Assembly (NCBI GenBank): GCA_964368385.1
Contig: CAYJAG010000005.1
Coordinates: 1 to 39,555, forward strand
DNA from: an uncultured Muribaculaceae bacterium
GTDB lineage: Bacteria > Pseudomonadota > Alphaproteobacteria > Rs-D84
Length of the DNA stretch: 39,555 bases
Direction of reading: 5' to 3'
Both the position numbers and the translations under genes were made by a program. Below, piece by piece: positions 17,942 to 26,672 of the stretch. The notes beneath the pieces are model-generated. The model saw only the letters and a list, made by a program, of their open reading frames with translations. It made no database searches and was not told the DNA's origin. Within the stretch, counting starts at the first letter, position 1. Each line of letters opens with the position of its first letter.

Positions 17942-19302
17942 ATGAAAAATTAAAGAATTTTTATAATAAATATATTATGGGTGAAAAAGTTTCATCAAAT
18001 TCCGATTGTCGTTCGCGTGGCGGAATGATGCTGGAAATACTTTTGTCTTTGGCTATTGCGTCGGCTGCACTACCTTTTGTTCTGCGGCAATTAGATGATC
18101 GCACACATCGCGCTGAAAATGTAAGCGTAGCGCGCGACATTGCGATGACTCGCGATGCATTGGAACGTTATATGGATGCGCGAAAACGCGAATTGTTGGC
18201 ACCGACCGGATCGGCCGTTACGCGCGTGCGAATGCGCGACCTGGTTGAATACGGAAACATTCCAAAAAATTATGACAAGTTCCAAGCCCGTATAATAAAA
18301 TCCAAGGATGCAAGCGGACGTGCAGTTTTATCCGGTATGGTTATATTTGATTCTGCGGATATATCGCCTGTGCGAACACGCGAAATTGCAGAGCTTGGGG
18401 GTGAGGGCTCAGGATTTGTAGAGCGAAACGAGGCATACAGCGCATTCGGAACGTGGCGTAGCAAGACAAGTATTTTTGATGCGCAATTTGGCAAGGACTC
18501 GGTAGTAGAAAGTACAGGTACAATTTTGTCTGGCGGTGATTTTCTTTGGAGATTGCCGTCAAATGAGCCGCTAGATGGATCAATGGCCAGCGATCTTTCT
18601 ATGGGTGGGTATGGCATAAATGATGCCCAGCAAATAGATTCGTATAGCGCAGATTTCACAGAAATTCTGCGTGCGAATTTAATTTCTGCACGAAAAGTAC
18701 AGATTACGCCGCGCGCAAATTTCGAATCTGCACTGAACGTATCGGGCGAAGCCATGGTAATGGGCGCAATGACATCTGATTCAAGAAATGCGCAGATAAG
18801 CTCGGAAATGTTTTTAAATGGCGAAGCGCGCTTGACTAGATTGGATACAGCTGAACTTTGGGTCGGCGATCTGAATCTGAACGGACTTTCTGTTGGCGGC
18901 AGCGAGAAGCCAGCAATTCTGAAAGTGGGGCAGACCATAGACATTACCCGTGGTCGTATAACGGCGCGCATAGCAACAGTTGGATATAGCGGATCGGTCG
19001 CCCCGAAAATTGTTGTGACCGAGCGCATGGAAGATCCAGATAATAGGGCATATTATTGGGACTTGAAATCAGGGGATGCCCAATTTTTCGATGTTTCTGC
19101 TGGACAGCTGAATCAAATGATGAAAAATGCAATTCGCGCCGAATCAAAAAGTCCAAAAACAACCACAGAAACAATAATCAGCCAAGTGGCCGCAAATAAT
19201 AATGCGACCGTATCCGATTATGCGCGTGCACTGGGCGAAATCCAAAGCAAGGTTATGATAAAATATAACCGCTTGAAATTAGACCAGGGCAGTGTAGAAT
19301 AA
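17926..19302 (+). CDS. Large prepilin-like (class III signal) protein, paralog 3 of 3; conserved long leader
   Basis: 458 aa. ...DCRSRG|GMMLEILLSLAIASAALPF has Glu at +5. Shared motifs are ..TREIAELGGEG.. and DLSMGGYGIND. The alternative GTG start at 17938 would give a GTGA overlap with the paralog-2 stop and align the two N-termini. Confidence 0.6.
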   Translation: MEKSVNEKLKNFYNKYIMGEKVSSNSDCRSRGGMMLEILLSLAIASAALPFVLRQLDDRTHRAENVSVARDIAMTRDALERYMDARKRELLAPTGSAVTRVRMRDLVEYGNIPKNYDKFQARIIKSKDASGRAVLSGMVIFDSADISPVRTREIAELGGEGSGFVERNEAYSAFGTWRSKTSIFDAQFGKDSVVESTGTILSGGDFLWRLPSNEPLDGSMASDLSMGGYGINDAQQIDSYSADFTEILRANLISARKVQITPRANFESALNVSGEAMVMGAMTSDSRNAQISSEMFLNGEARLTRLDTAELWVGDLNLNGLSVGGSEKPAILKVGQTIDITRGRITARIATVGYSGSVAPKIVVTERMEDPDNRAYYWDLKSGDAQFFDVSAGQLNQMMKNAIRAESKSPKTTTETIISQVAANNNATVSDYARALGEIQSKVMIKYNRLKLDQGSVE

Positions 19303-19307
19303 AATAT

Positions 19308-19784
19308 ATGAAAGTTACATGCCCGTTTTGTAAAGTTGAGTATTCTGTGCGCAACCAGAATTGCCGTTTATTTCAGTGCGCGGTGTGTGGTTGCACATGG
19401 CGCGCGCCGACGCGTGAAAAAAATTCGCGATTTTGGATTTTTATTTTGTCGTGCTTTGTTTTATTGTTGGCGGTCTTTTCACTTGTTGCTTTGCTGCTTT
19501 GGATTCCACACACAAACGAGGCATTGTCTGTCCGAATGAATTCGGCTGTTCGCGCGAATGAAATTTTGATTGTGTCTGGCGTTGTTTCTAACAAGTCGGA
19601 AAAATTATATGGCGTTCCAGATTTGATTGTGTCGCTGAAAGATAATCGAGGTATGGAAATTTCATCTGAAAAATTCGCGCCACCGGCGCCGTTGCTGGAC
19701 GCGGGGGAAGAGGCAAATTTTTCAGTCCAAGTTCATAATGTCCCGGAAGGGGTGGATAAAATCTCGGTGGAATTTAATAAATGA
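19308..19784 (+). CDS. MJ0042-type zinc-ribbon / TM / DUF3426 protein (ZitP-like)
   Basis: 158 aa. MKVTCPFCKVEYSV....FQCAVCGCTW has two CxxC pairs. One TM segment follows (FWIFILSCFVLLLAVFSLVALLLWI). The C-terminal ILIVSGVVSNKS..PDLIVSLKDNRG...LLDAGEEANFSVQV...VDKISVEF fits the DUF3426 pattern. Confidence 0.65.
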   Translation: MKVTCPFCKVEYSVRNQNCRLFQCAVCGCTWRAPTREKNSRFWIFILSCFVLLLAVFSLVALLLWIPHTNEALSVRMNSAVRANEILIVSGVVSNKSEKLYGVPDLIVSLKDNRGMEISSEKFAPPAPLLDAGEEANFSVQVHNVPEGVDKISVEFNK

Positions 19785-19804
19785 TAAAACATAGGAAAAG
19801 AACA

Positions 19805-20296
19805 ATGATTAAAATGCTTAAAAAACTCATTATTCATTATTCATCATTGGTTATCGCATTAGTTGTTTCTGTTGGCAGTGCGCACTCTGACGATGTTGTC
19901 TTGCAAAGACCAAGTATATTTTCCACCAGCACAGATTGGGAAAGTGTTACAGGTCTGCGCTATGGTCAGTTTGATTTGTCTTTTATCCGGGATAAATCAA
20001 TCGGGAATAACGGGATGGAATTATATTTTCTGGATGGCTTTCCATGTATAGGTCAGGCTCAAACCGCGCGCGCATGGATTTCACCCAGCAGAATTTCAGG
20101 CACAGATGAAAAGGCAAAAATGTATATCAGCTGTGTGCAACGTCCGACTGAATTACGTTTTGCCTGGCGCGAAGCCCAGCGTCAAGATTCTCAAAATCGG
20201 ACCACAGGAATCATAACTTGTCAGATAACAGGTCAAGGACGATTAATTTCTATTAAATTGAATGATTGCGTCAAAGGGAAAAACTGGGATGAATAA
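19805..20296 (+). CDS. Small secreted hypothetical protein
   Basis: ORF 19781..20296, with ATG 19805 preferred because AGGAAAAG lies 5 nt upstream. MIKMLKKLIIHYSSLVIALVVSVGSAHS|DD is a Sec signal. The mature part has 4 Cys. The stop overlaps the rluD start. Confidence 0.55.
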   Translation: MIKMLKKLIIHYSSLVIALVVSVGSAHSDDVVLQRPSIFSTSTDWESVTGLRYGQFDLSFIRDKSIGNNGMELYFLDGFPCIGQAQTARAWISPSRISGTDEKAKMYISCVQRPTELRFAWREAQRQDSQNRTTGIITCQITGQGRLISIKLNDCVKGKNWDE

Positions 20297-21251
20297 TACA
20301 AGAACATTTATTGCAAAAGAATCTGATGTTAGTTTGCGTCTGGATAAGTTTTTGGTATATCTTATGCCAGAATTTTCACGCAGCGAAATACAAAAATTTT
20401 CTGTTAAAAGATTGCCAGATACCGGCGAGATAAAATTTTCTGATAAAATAAAGCTGGGTGATGAAATCCAAGTGATTATTCCAGAAAAACAGCAAAAGCA
20501 ATTACCTGCTGTAAATAAAAAAAATCAATTTAAATTGGATGTTTTGTTCGAAGACGATGATGTTATTGTGGTGAATAAGCCGCGCGGCGTTGCGATGTAT
20601 CCAGGCGCGGGGCGTGAAACCGATACTTTGGTTCAACGTGTTTTGTCGCATACCAATCTGTCATCATCTGGCGGAGAAATGCGTCCAGGCGTTGTTCATC
20701 GTTTGGATAAAGATACCAGTGGAATTGTGATTTTTGCAAAGTCTGATGCGGCGCATAAATCATTGACCAAAACATTTGCCTGGCACGATTTAACCAGAAA
20801 GTATATTGCGTTTATCTGGGGTGTTCCAAATTGGACAACCGCCGACATCAGTGGAAATATAGGACGCAGCGCGCGCAATCGTCAAAAGATGACCATGTTA
20901 AAAATTGGTGGTAAACCAGCACAAACCCAGGCGGAAGTAATTGATGCATGGGCGGAAGAGGGGATTTCTAAACTGCGTTGCACTTTGCTGACTGGACGGA
21001 CTCATCAAATTCGCGTGCATCTTTCTGCACATGGCTTTCCGGTTATTTGCGACCCGCTTTATGGCCGCGGTACGACGCGACTGGGCAGTATAAAAAATCC
21101 AGAATTATTAGAATTTGTAAAAACGCATCATGGGCAAATGTTGCATGCCGAAGTTTTAGAATTAAAACATCCAATAACTGGTGAAATGCTGAAATTCAAA
21201 TCTAAATTGCCAGCTGACATGAAAGAATTGCAAGACATTTTAGAAAGCTGA
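20289..21251 (+). CDS. rluD: 23S rRNA pseudouridine synthase, RluA/RluD family
   Basis: ORF 20262..21251 trimmed to ATG 20289. It has an S4-like N-terminus (LRLDKFL), the catalytic HRLDKDTSG motif, and GRTHQIRVHL. Confidence 0.85.
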   Translation: MNNTRTFIAKESDVSLRLDKFLVYLMPEFSRSEIQKFSVKRLPDTGEIKFSDKIKLGDEIQVIIPEKQQKQLPAVNKKNQFKLDVLFEDDDVIVVNKPRGVAMYPGAGRETDTLVQRVLSHTNLSSSGGEMRPGVVHRLDKDTSGIVIFAKSDAAHKSLTKTFAWHDLTRKYIAFIWGVPNWTTADISGNIGRSARNRQKMTMLKIGGKPAQTQAEVIDAWAEEGISKLRCTLLTGRTHQIRVHLSAHGFPVICDPLYGRGTTRLGSIKNPELLEFVKTHHGQMLHAEVLELKHPITGEMLKFKSKLPADMKELQDILES

Positions 21252-21256
21252 TAATC

Positions 21257-22810
21257 TTATCTTACTTTAACTTCATCTACCAAAGTTCTGCTGACAGAAT
21301 CCAATTCCATAGGTTGAAAATCTGGATCGGTTAAAACTGGGGCCGAGCTATCTTCGGGCAAAACAATAATTTCTTCGCTTTGCGTTTCTGGTTGTGGAAC
21401 TTCTTCTTTGTTTTGTCGATAAGTTTTTGCTTTATAATTACCGCGCAAGCTGTCGGGAAGGCGTAAATAATCTATTGGATTTATTCCTGATGAAATTTTT
21501 ATTTCTGTGCGCCGTGCGTTATTTTGTCCGCTTGTTTGATACAATGGTTTTATAAAATTAGTTGCAGCCATTTCGGAAACCTTTGGTATGCCACTGCCAT
21601 CCAGGGTCATAATCTGCAAAGCTCTTTGTGACATGCCATCAGGTTGCAGGCGAATCAAACCATCCAATCCGCGAAATCCCGATGGGTCAATCAAGAACTC
21701 GGCCGCGCCACGATCTGCATGCAAAGCCCGCACAGCCAGCATTGCCGCGTCGTATCCCATTGGACTGATTCTTTCTGGTTCTTTATCAGAAACAGACCGA
21801 TAAGCATTGGCAAATTCTGGTGAAATCGCGGGCAATGCGGCAAAGCTGGCGCCACTCATCGTCATGTCGCGAAACATAACATCATTGTCCCACATTGCAG
21901 TACCAAAGAATTTTACCTTTTTGGCCGATGCATCAAAATAACGCATAAATGAACCAAGTGCCTTGGAGTCCGCAGCATTGCCCAGGAATAAAACTGCGTC
22001 AAATGGAACATCGCCAATAGTGTCTGCTTTATTGCGATCTTCCAGTTGGTTTGCAACCATGGCTTTGTCTTCGGCGGAAACATTTTGTTTTAATAAAATG
22101 TCGGAAAGAATTTCTTTTGCACGTATATTTGCATCACCACGTGCGTTAAACATTGTTGCGTTTTCAGCCGTCCGCTTCATGCTGTCCATGTCGCCTGGGG
22201 TGTAATAATAAAATCCAGCCGTCCGCAACCCGTAAATTCGCGCAGAATCCAACGCTGCATTTCCCATGATATAACCAGACGCATTGTCTGGGGCCAGAAT
22301 CATTACTTCCTTTTTACCTTCATCTGCCATGCGACGCACTATTGCCTCGACACTTTGTGCCGGTATCAGCGACATAGTCATAATTCCATTTCCCAATGCG
22401 CTTGCATCAGAAGTAAAAGACAGCACAGCAGTATTTGATGGCTTTAATTCGCGCAGCAAATCAACGTCTTCGGCAAAAATTGGGCCGATAATTAAATCTG
22501 GCCGTGTGCCCAGTGCAGCATCAATTTGCATTTCTTTTGTTTCACGCGAACCAGATAAATCCATGAATCGCACATTTATATCATCAGCACGTCTTTGCAA
22601 TAATGCCATTTGTATGCTGGTTTTAACAGAATTTCCCATTTCTGATTCGGGCAGCAGCACTGCGATTGTTTTTGGCCCACCCATGCCACTGCTGGGTGAA
22701 TCCAGGTCTATCGCATCGCCAACTTCAATAGGGCTGGTGCTGACGCAGCCAGCCAACCAAGCAACAGGCAGCAGATAAAGAAAAACAGGTACAATTTTTT
22801 TTATAAACAT
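21257..22810 (-). CDS. Penicillin-binding-protein activator-like lipoprotein (LpoA/LppC family, periplasmic-binding-protein fold)
   Basis: 517 aa. The lipobox is VAWLAGC. KTIAVLLPESE..., ..PDLIIGPIF.. and ..MILAPDNASG.. fit the type-1 PBP/LppC pattern. It is divergent from rsmI, as lpoA (yraM) and rsmI (yraL) are in E. coli. Confidence 0.65.
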   Translation of the reverse strand: MFIKKIVPVFLYLLPVAWLAGCVSTSPIEVGDAIDLDSPSSGMGGPKTIAVLLPESEMGNSVKTSIQMALLQRRADDINVRFMDLSGSRETKEMQIDAALGTRPDLIIGPIFAEDVDLLRELKPSNTAVLSFTSDASALGNGIMTMSLIPAQSVEAIVRRMADEGKKEVMILAPDNASGYIMGNAALDSARIYGLRTAGFYYYTPGDMDSMKRTAENATMFNARGDANIRAKEILSDILLKQNVSAEDKAMVANQLEDRNKADTIGDVPFDAVLFLGNAADSKALGSFMRYFDASAKKVKFFGTAMWDNDVMFRDMTMSGASFAALPAISPEFANAYRSVSDKEPERISPMGYDAAMLAVRALHADRGAAEFLIDPSGFRGLDGLIRLQPDGMSQRALQIMTLDGSGIPKVSEMAATNFIKPLYQTSGQNNARRTEIKISSGINPIDYLRLPDSLRGNYKAKTYRQNKEEVPQPETQSEEIIVLPEDSSAPVLTDPDFQPMELDSVSRTLVDEVKVR

Positions 22811-22856
22811 TGAAAATCCCTAAATCTAGTGCAATAATAAAACAAAAGGAGCCGAA

Positions 22857-23690
22857 ATGCAATCAGGTCTTTACATTGTCGGAACCCCCATTGGTAATTT
22901 GGGCGACATGGCGCCGCGGGCGATTGAAACATTGCGCGACGCTAATTTAATTGCTGCCGAGGATACCAGAGTCTTTGCTAAGCTGGCATCTCACTTTGAC
23001 ATTAAAACGCGACGAATTGCAATTCATGATCATAATGAACGTGAAATGGCTGAAAAAATTGCCGACATGATTGCAGGGCGGCGCAGCGTTGATGGCGCAC
23101 CAGTTCTGGCAGGGATGATTCCAGGTGCAGCAGTTGCATTGGTGTCAGACGCGGGAATGCCAACAATCAGTGACCCGGGATTTCGCTTGGTGCGGTTATG
23201 TCGAGAGCAGGGGTTGTCTGTATTTGTTGTGCCGGGCCCGGTTGCTGCGGTCAGCGCACTTGCCTTATCTGGGTTTCCAACAGATAAATTTACCTTTTGT
23301 GGATTTTTCAAGGATGAAAAACATCTGCGCGAAGATAATAAAATCCGGCACACTTTGGTTTATTATGAAAGCCCGAATAGAACGCAAGATACATTGGCTG
23401 TAATGGCGCATGTAATGCCAGAGCGTCGCGTCGCGATTGTTCGTGAAATTACAAAAATTCACGAAGAAACGATTATTGGATATCCATCAGAATTAAAAAG
23501 TCGTGATAATTGGCGGGGTGAAATTGTTATCGTGGTTGAACCCGCACCAGAAGTCAAAATGAGCGATGACGAGATTTCCGAAATTGTTCGTGATGTTGCA
23601 GCAAATTCAACCAAGGACACAGCCAACCAAATAGCTGCACTCACTGGGTTGTCAAAAAAAGAAGCATACAAAATGGCTATAAAAAAATGA
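22857..23690 (+). CDS. rsmI: 16S rRNA (cytidine1402-2'-O)-methyltransferase RsmI
   Basis: 277 aa. LYIVGTPIGNLGDMAPRAIETLRDANLIAAEDTR is the RsmI/tetrapyrrole-methylase N-terminal signature, with YESPNR and REITKIHEE also present. Confidence 0.9.
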   Translation: MQSGLYIVGTPIGNLGDMAPRAIETLRDANLIAAEDTRVFAKLASHFDIKTRRIAIHDHNEREMAEKIADMIAGRRSVDGAPVLAGMIPGAAVALVSDAGMPTISDPGFRLVRLCREQGLSVFVVPGPVAAVSALALSGFPTDKFTFCGFFKDEKHLREDNKIRHTLVYYESPNRTQDTLAVMAHVMPERRVAIVREITKIHEETIIGYPSELKSRDNWRGEIVIVVEPAPEVKMSDDEISEIVRDVAANSTKDTANQIAALTGLSKKEAYKMAIKK

Positions 23691-24250
23691 TAAAATTTAT
23701 TGGAAGTTTTGAAGTCGTTCGGGCGTTGCCTCGGGCGCAATTTCACGAATACGCCTTTGTCGGGCGCAGCAATGTTGGCAAATCGTCTCTTATTAATGCC
23801 ATTGCGGGCAGCGTTATTGCGCGTACCTCTAAAACGCCGGGACGAACACAAACGTTAAATTTATTTAACTTTGATGATAAATTGGCAATTATGGATTTGC
23901 CTGGTTATGGATATGCAAAAATATCCAAAGACCAGGCAGCAATGTGGCTGGCGCGATTGGAAGAATACCTTTTGACTCGTGGTCAGTTAAAATTACTTTT
24001 TATTTTGATAGATGCGCGGCACGAGGTAAAAAAATCGGATTTAGAAATTTTGGATTTTTGCGATGCGAATGCAATTCGCTATCAAATTACGTTGACCAAA
24101 ATTGATAAATCAAGCAAGGAAAAAATCGCGCAAATTAAATCTGAAATTCTATCAAAGCCACGCCCAGCTGCATCTACAGAGATTTTGGAAACTTCGGCAG
24201 AAAAAAATATTGGAATAAAAAACATCAGGCAAATCATTGATTTTAAATAA
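23687..24250 (+). CDS. engB: Ribosome-biogenesis GTPase EngB (YihA/YsxC)
   Basis: 187 aa. FVGRSNVGKSSLINA (G1), DLPGYGYAK (G3) and TKIDK (G4). Confidence 0.88.
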   Translation: MIKFIGSFEVVRALPRAQFHEYAFVGRSNVGKSSLINAIAGSVIARTSKTPGRTQTLNLFNFDDKLAIMDLPGYGYAKISKDQAAMWLARLEEYLLTRGQLKLLFILIDARHEVKKSDLEILDFCDANAIRYQITLTKIDKSSKEKIAQIKSEILSKPRPAASTEILETSAEKNIGIKNIRQIIDFK

Positions 24251-26663
24251 AAATTTGTTCTGTGCATCAAATCCAGCAATGCTTTGCGAAGCGCTGTGGT
24301 ATTTTTTGTCTGGTCGCGATTTTGCAAATGATGTGATTTTTTTGCCCAGCAGACGCGCAATTCGTGCGGTGGAAAAATTTGTAGCCCAGCGCTGTGGCGG
24401 CTCGGTTCTGTTGCCTCAACTGGTTGCATTGGGCGAAAGTGATGAAGAGGATGAAAATCCGATTGCGGACGCCTGGGTTGTTTCCAATCAAGAGCGAGTT
24501 TTGGTTTTGGCTAAATTATTATCCGCAGCCGAAGGTCAATCAATCGCATCTGTTTTGCCAGTGGCACGGAATCTGGTCCAAATGCAGGATTATATTGAAA
24601 ATGAAAACCAAAAACCACAGAGTGTAAATTGGTTGGAATTGGTTGATGAAAAATTTGCCAATCATTTTCAGAAAAAGGCACAATTTCTTTCGTTGGCCGA
24701 CAATGTTTTACCAACAATTTTTCCCGGGAAAATAACCAGCGCGCAAAAACGAAATGCCGACATTCGTGCTTGGACGAATCATAGTTTTCTTGGCAAAGTA
24801 ATTGTTTGTGGCAGCACCGCGTCCGTTCCTGCGACAGCGGATTTGATGACCCATATCGCATCGCTGCCAAATGGGATAATTATTTTACCGGGTAAGATAG
24901 TTGAGTTAGAAGCTAAGGGTGAGGAGTTAGAAATTTGCAATCCTTATTATTCGGAATATAAATTTTTACGCCGAATAGGGGTTAGTCCCGATGAAGTTCA
25001 AGAAATTGATGTTGGTGAATCAAACATAGAGTTTTTTAATTCGGCTTTCAGTAATACTCCGTCATCCCTCATCCCTCATACTTCATCCTTTACCCGCATA
25101 GATTGCGCGCGCGAGGCCGAAGAGGCCGAAGTTGCGGCCGAAATTGCGGCGCGTGCAGAATCGATTGGCAAATCAGTTTTGGTTATAACCCCTGATGCTG
25201 CCGGAAATCAACGTTTGCGTGAGTCATTTGCTCGCCGCGCATTGAACGCGGATTTTTCTGGTGGATTAAGTGGCGGGATGACTTTATTTGGTCGTCAAAT
25301 CTTGAATAAATTTGATGAAGCATCTGATTCGCGGCATGGGGAAATAAAAAATTTATTTGAATTTATTGATAGTTTTAATCTGGAATTTTCCGAATCAGAT
25401 TTACCGATAATTGAAAAATTAAAAGAAGTTTCTGACATTTTTGTTCGCCATGGAATTGCACCAAGTGCGATGGATGCACGTGCAGTTGTTCTGGATGCTT
25501 TGTCGTCCGTCCAGATTCGTCCAAACTTGCATGATGATGCGTCTGTGCGCGTTTTGGGCACCATTGAATCCAGGATGCAATCGGCAGATGTAATTATATT
25601 GACCGGTCTGAACGAAGGTATGTTCCCAGCGCTTGGTTATGAAAACCCATGGTTGCCGCGACGCGCTGCGCAGCAGATTGGTCTGCCCCCACCGCAGCAC
25701 AAGGTGTCGCTGATGGCGTTGGATTTTATAAATCTTTCTTGTGGGAAAAATGTTTATTGGTTGCGATCCAAAAATGCTGGTGGTGCGCAGACGACTGAAT
25801 CCAGATTTCTTTCCAGAATCAGCGTTGCTGATAAAGATGCAAAGCCCATGGCAGAACAGGATATAGATTTTTTACAATCTGTTCGTTCGCGCGATAATGT
25901 TTCGCTTGTCCCGCTGGATTTATCTGCGCCAATGCCGCCCATGGATTGGTCGGCGGTTTATGTAACAGAACTTGAATTATTAATTCATAATCCATACGCT
26001 TTTTATGCTCAGCACATTTTGCGATTAAAGCCCAAAGATGATTGGTGGGTTGGCCCTGGTCCCAAAGAGTTTGGAATACTTGTTCATTTAGTAATTGAAA
26101 ATTACAAAATAGAAAAAGCAAAGACCACAGATCAAATGATTTCGGAAATTATTTCTCAGCTGGATTCGGCCGCGCGGCAAATCTTGCCCCAGGGAAGTGT
26201 AGTATTTTATTTCTGGCATAAACGCTTTACCCAAATTGCACCAGCAATTTTGCAAATGCTGAATGCATCGGATGGCGGCGAATCAGAAATCAAGCTGGAA
26301 ACAAAAATCGCGGGTCGCATTGTTCGCGCGAAAGCTGACCGCGTTTGGGACAGCGTGGTTCTGGACATTAAAACGGGCAGCGTCCCAAACAAATCACAAC
26401 TGGAGCAGGGTAATATGCCCCAACTTCCACTGGAAGCGTTTATGCGCGGCGCAAAGGTGATGCAATTTTTGCAGCTGCAAAACAACAATGTAAAGTTGAT
26501 TGAGTATTCTGGCGACCAAGCCCAAGCCATGATAAATTCGTCAGTGCAAAAAGTATCTGAATTATTTGGACGTTATTCCAAAGACGCCGAGCCGTATGAG
26601 TATTTTGACACCAGTGACCCAAAGTACAAGGCTTATGATGACTTGGCGCGTGCAAATGATTAA
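24237..26663 (+). CDS. addB: Double-strand-break repair protein AddB (alphaproteobacterial type, PD-(D/E)XK C-terminal nuclease)
   Basis: 808 aa. The N-terminal ...VIFLPSRRAIRAVEKF......LLPQLVALGESDEEDE matches the alpha-AddB start. The C-terminal GRIVRAKADRVW...VVLDIKTGS is a RecB-family nuclease motif. Confidence 0.75.
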   Translation: MILNKNLFCASNPAMLCEALWYFLSGRDFANDVIFLPSRRAIRAVEKFVAQRCGGSVLLPQLVALGESDEEDENPIADAWVVSNQERVLVLAKLLSAAEGQSIASVLPVARNLVQMQDYIENENQKPQSVNWLELVDEKFANHFQKKAQFLSLADNVLPTIFPGKITSAQKRNADIRAWTNHSFLGKVIVCGSTASVPATADLMTHIASLPNGIIILPGKIVELEAKGEELEICNPYYSEYKFLRRIGVSPDEVQEIDVGESNIEFFNSAFSNTPSSLIPHTSSFTRIDCAREAEEAEVAAEIAARAESIGKSVLVITPDAAGNQRLRESFARRALNADFSGGLSGGMTLFGRQILNKFDEASDSRHGEIKNLFEFIDSFNLEFSESDLPIIEKLKEVSDIFVRHGIAPSAMDARAVVLDALSSVQIRPNLHDDASVRVLGTIESRMQSADVIILTGLNEGMFPALGYENPWLPRRAAQQIGLPPPQHKVSLMALDFINLSCGKNVYWLRSKNAGGAQTTESRFLSRISVADKDAKPMAEQDIDFLQSVRSRDNVSLVPLDLSAPMPPMDWSAVYVTELELLIHNPYAFYAQHILRLKPKDDWWVGPGPKEFGILVHLVIENYKIEKAKTTDQMISEIISQLDSAARQILPQGSVVFYFWHKRFTQIAPAILQMLNASDGGESEIKLETKIAGRIVRAKADRVWDSVVLDIKTGSVPNKSQLEQGNMPQLPLEAFMRGAKVMQFLQLQNNNVKLIEYSGDQAQAMINSSVQKVSELFGRYSKDAEPYEYFDTSDPKYKAYDDLARAND

Positions 26664-26672
26664 GCGTGTGCG

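Noticed and set aside
20262-20288. Upstream ATG for rluD, giving 9 extra codons
   Set aside because: ATG 20289 gives the usual RluD N-terminus before the S4-like domain and only an 8-nt overlap with the upstream gene. This choice is low-stakes.
25060-25150. Short tandem-like nucleotide repeats (tcatccctcatccctcatac...; gaggccgaagaggccgaag...) inside addB
   Set aside because: They are in-frame low-complexity coding sequence (SSLIPHTSS; EAEEAEVAAEIAA). They span only 2-3 units and are not a CRISPR, VNTR or regulatory array.
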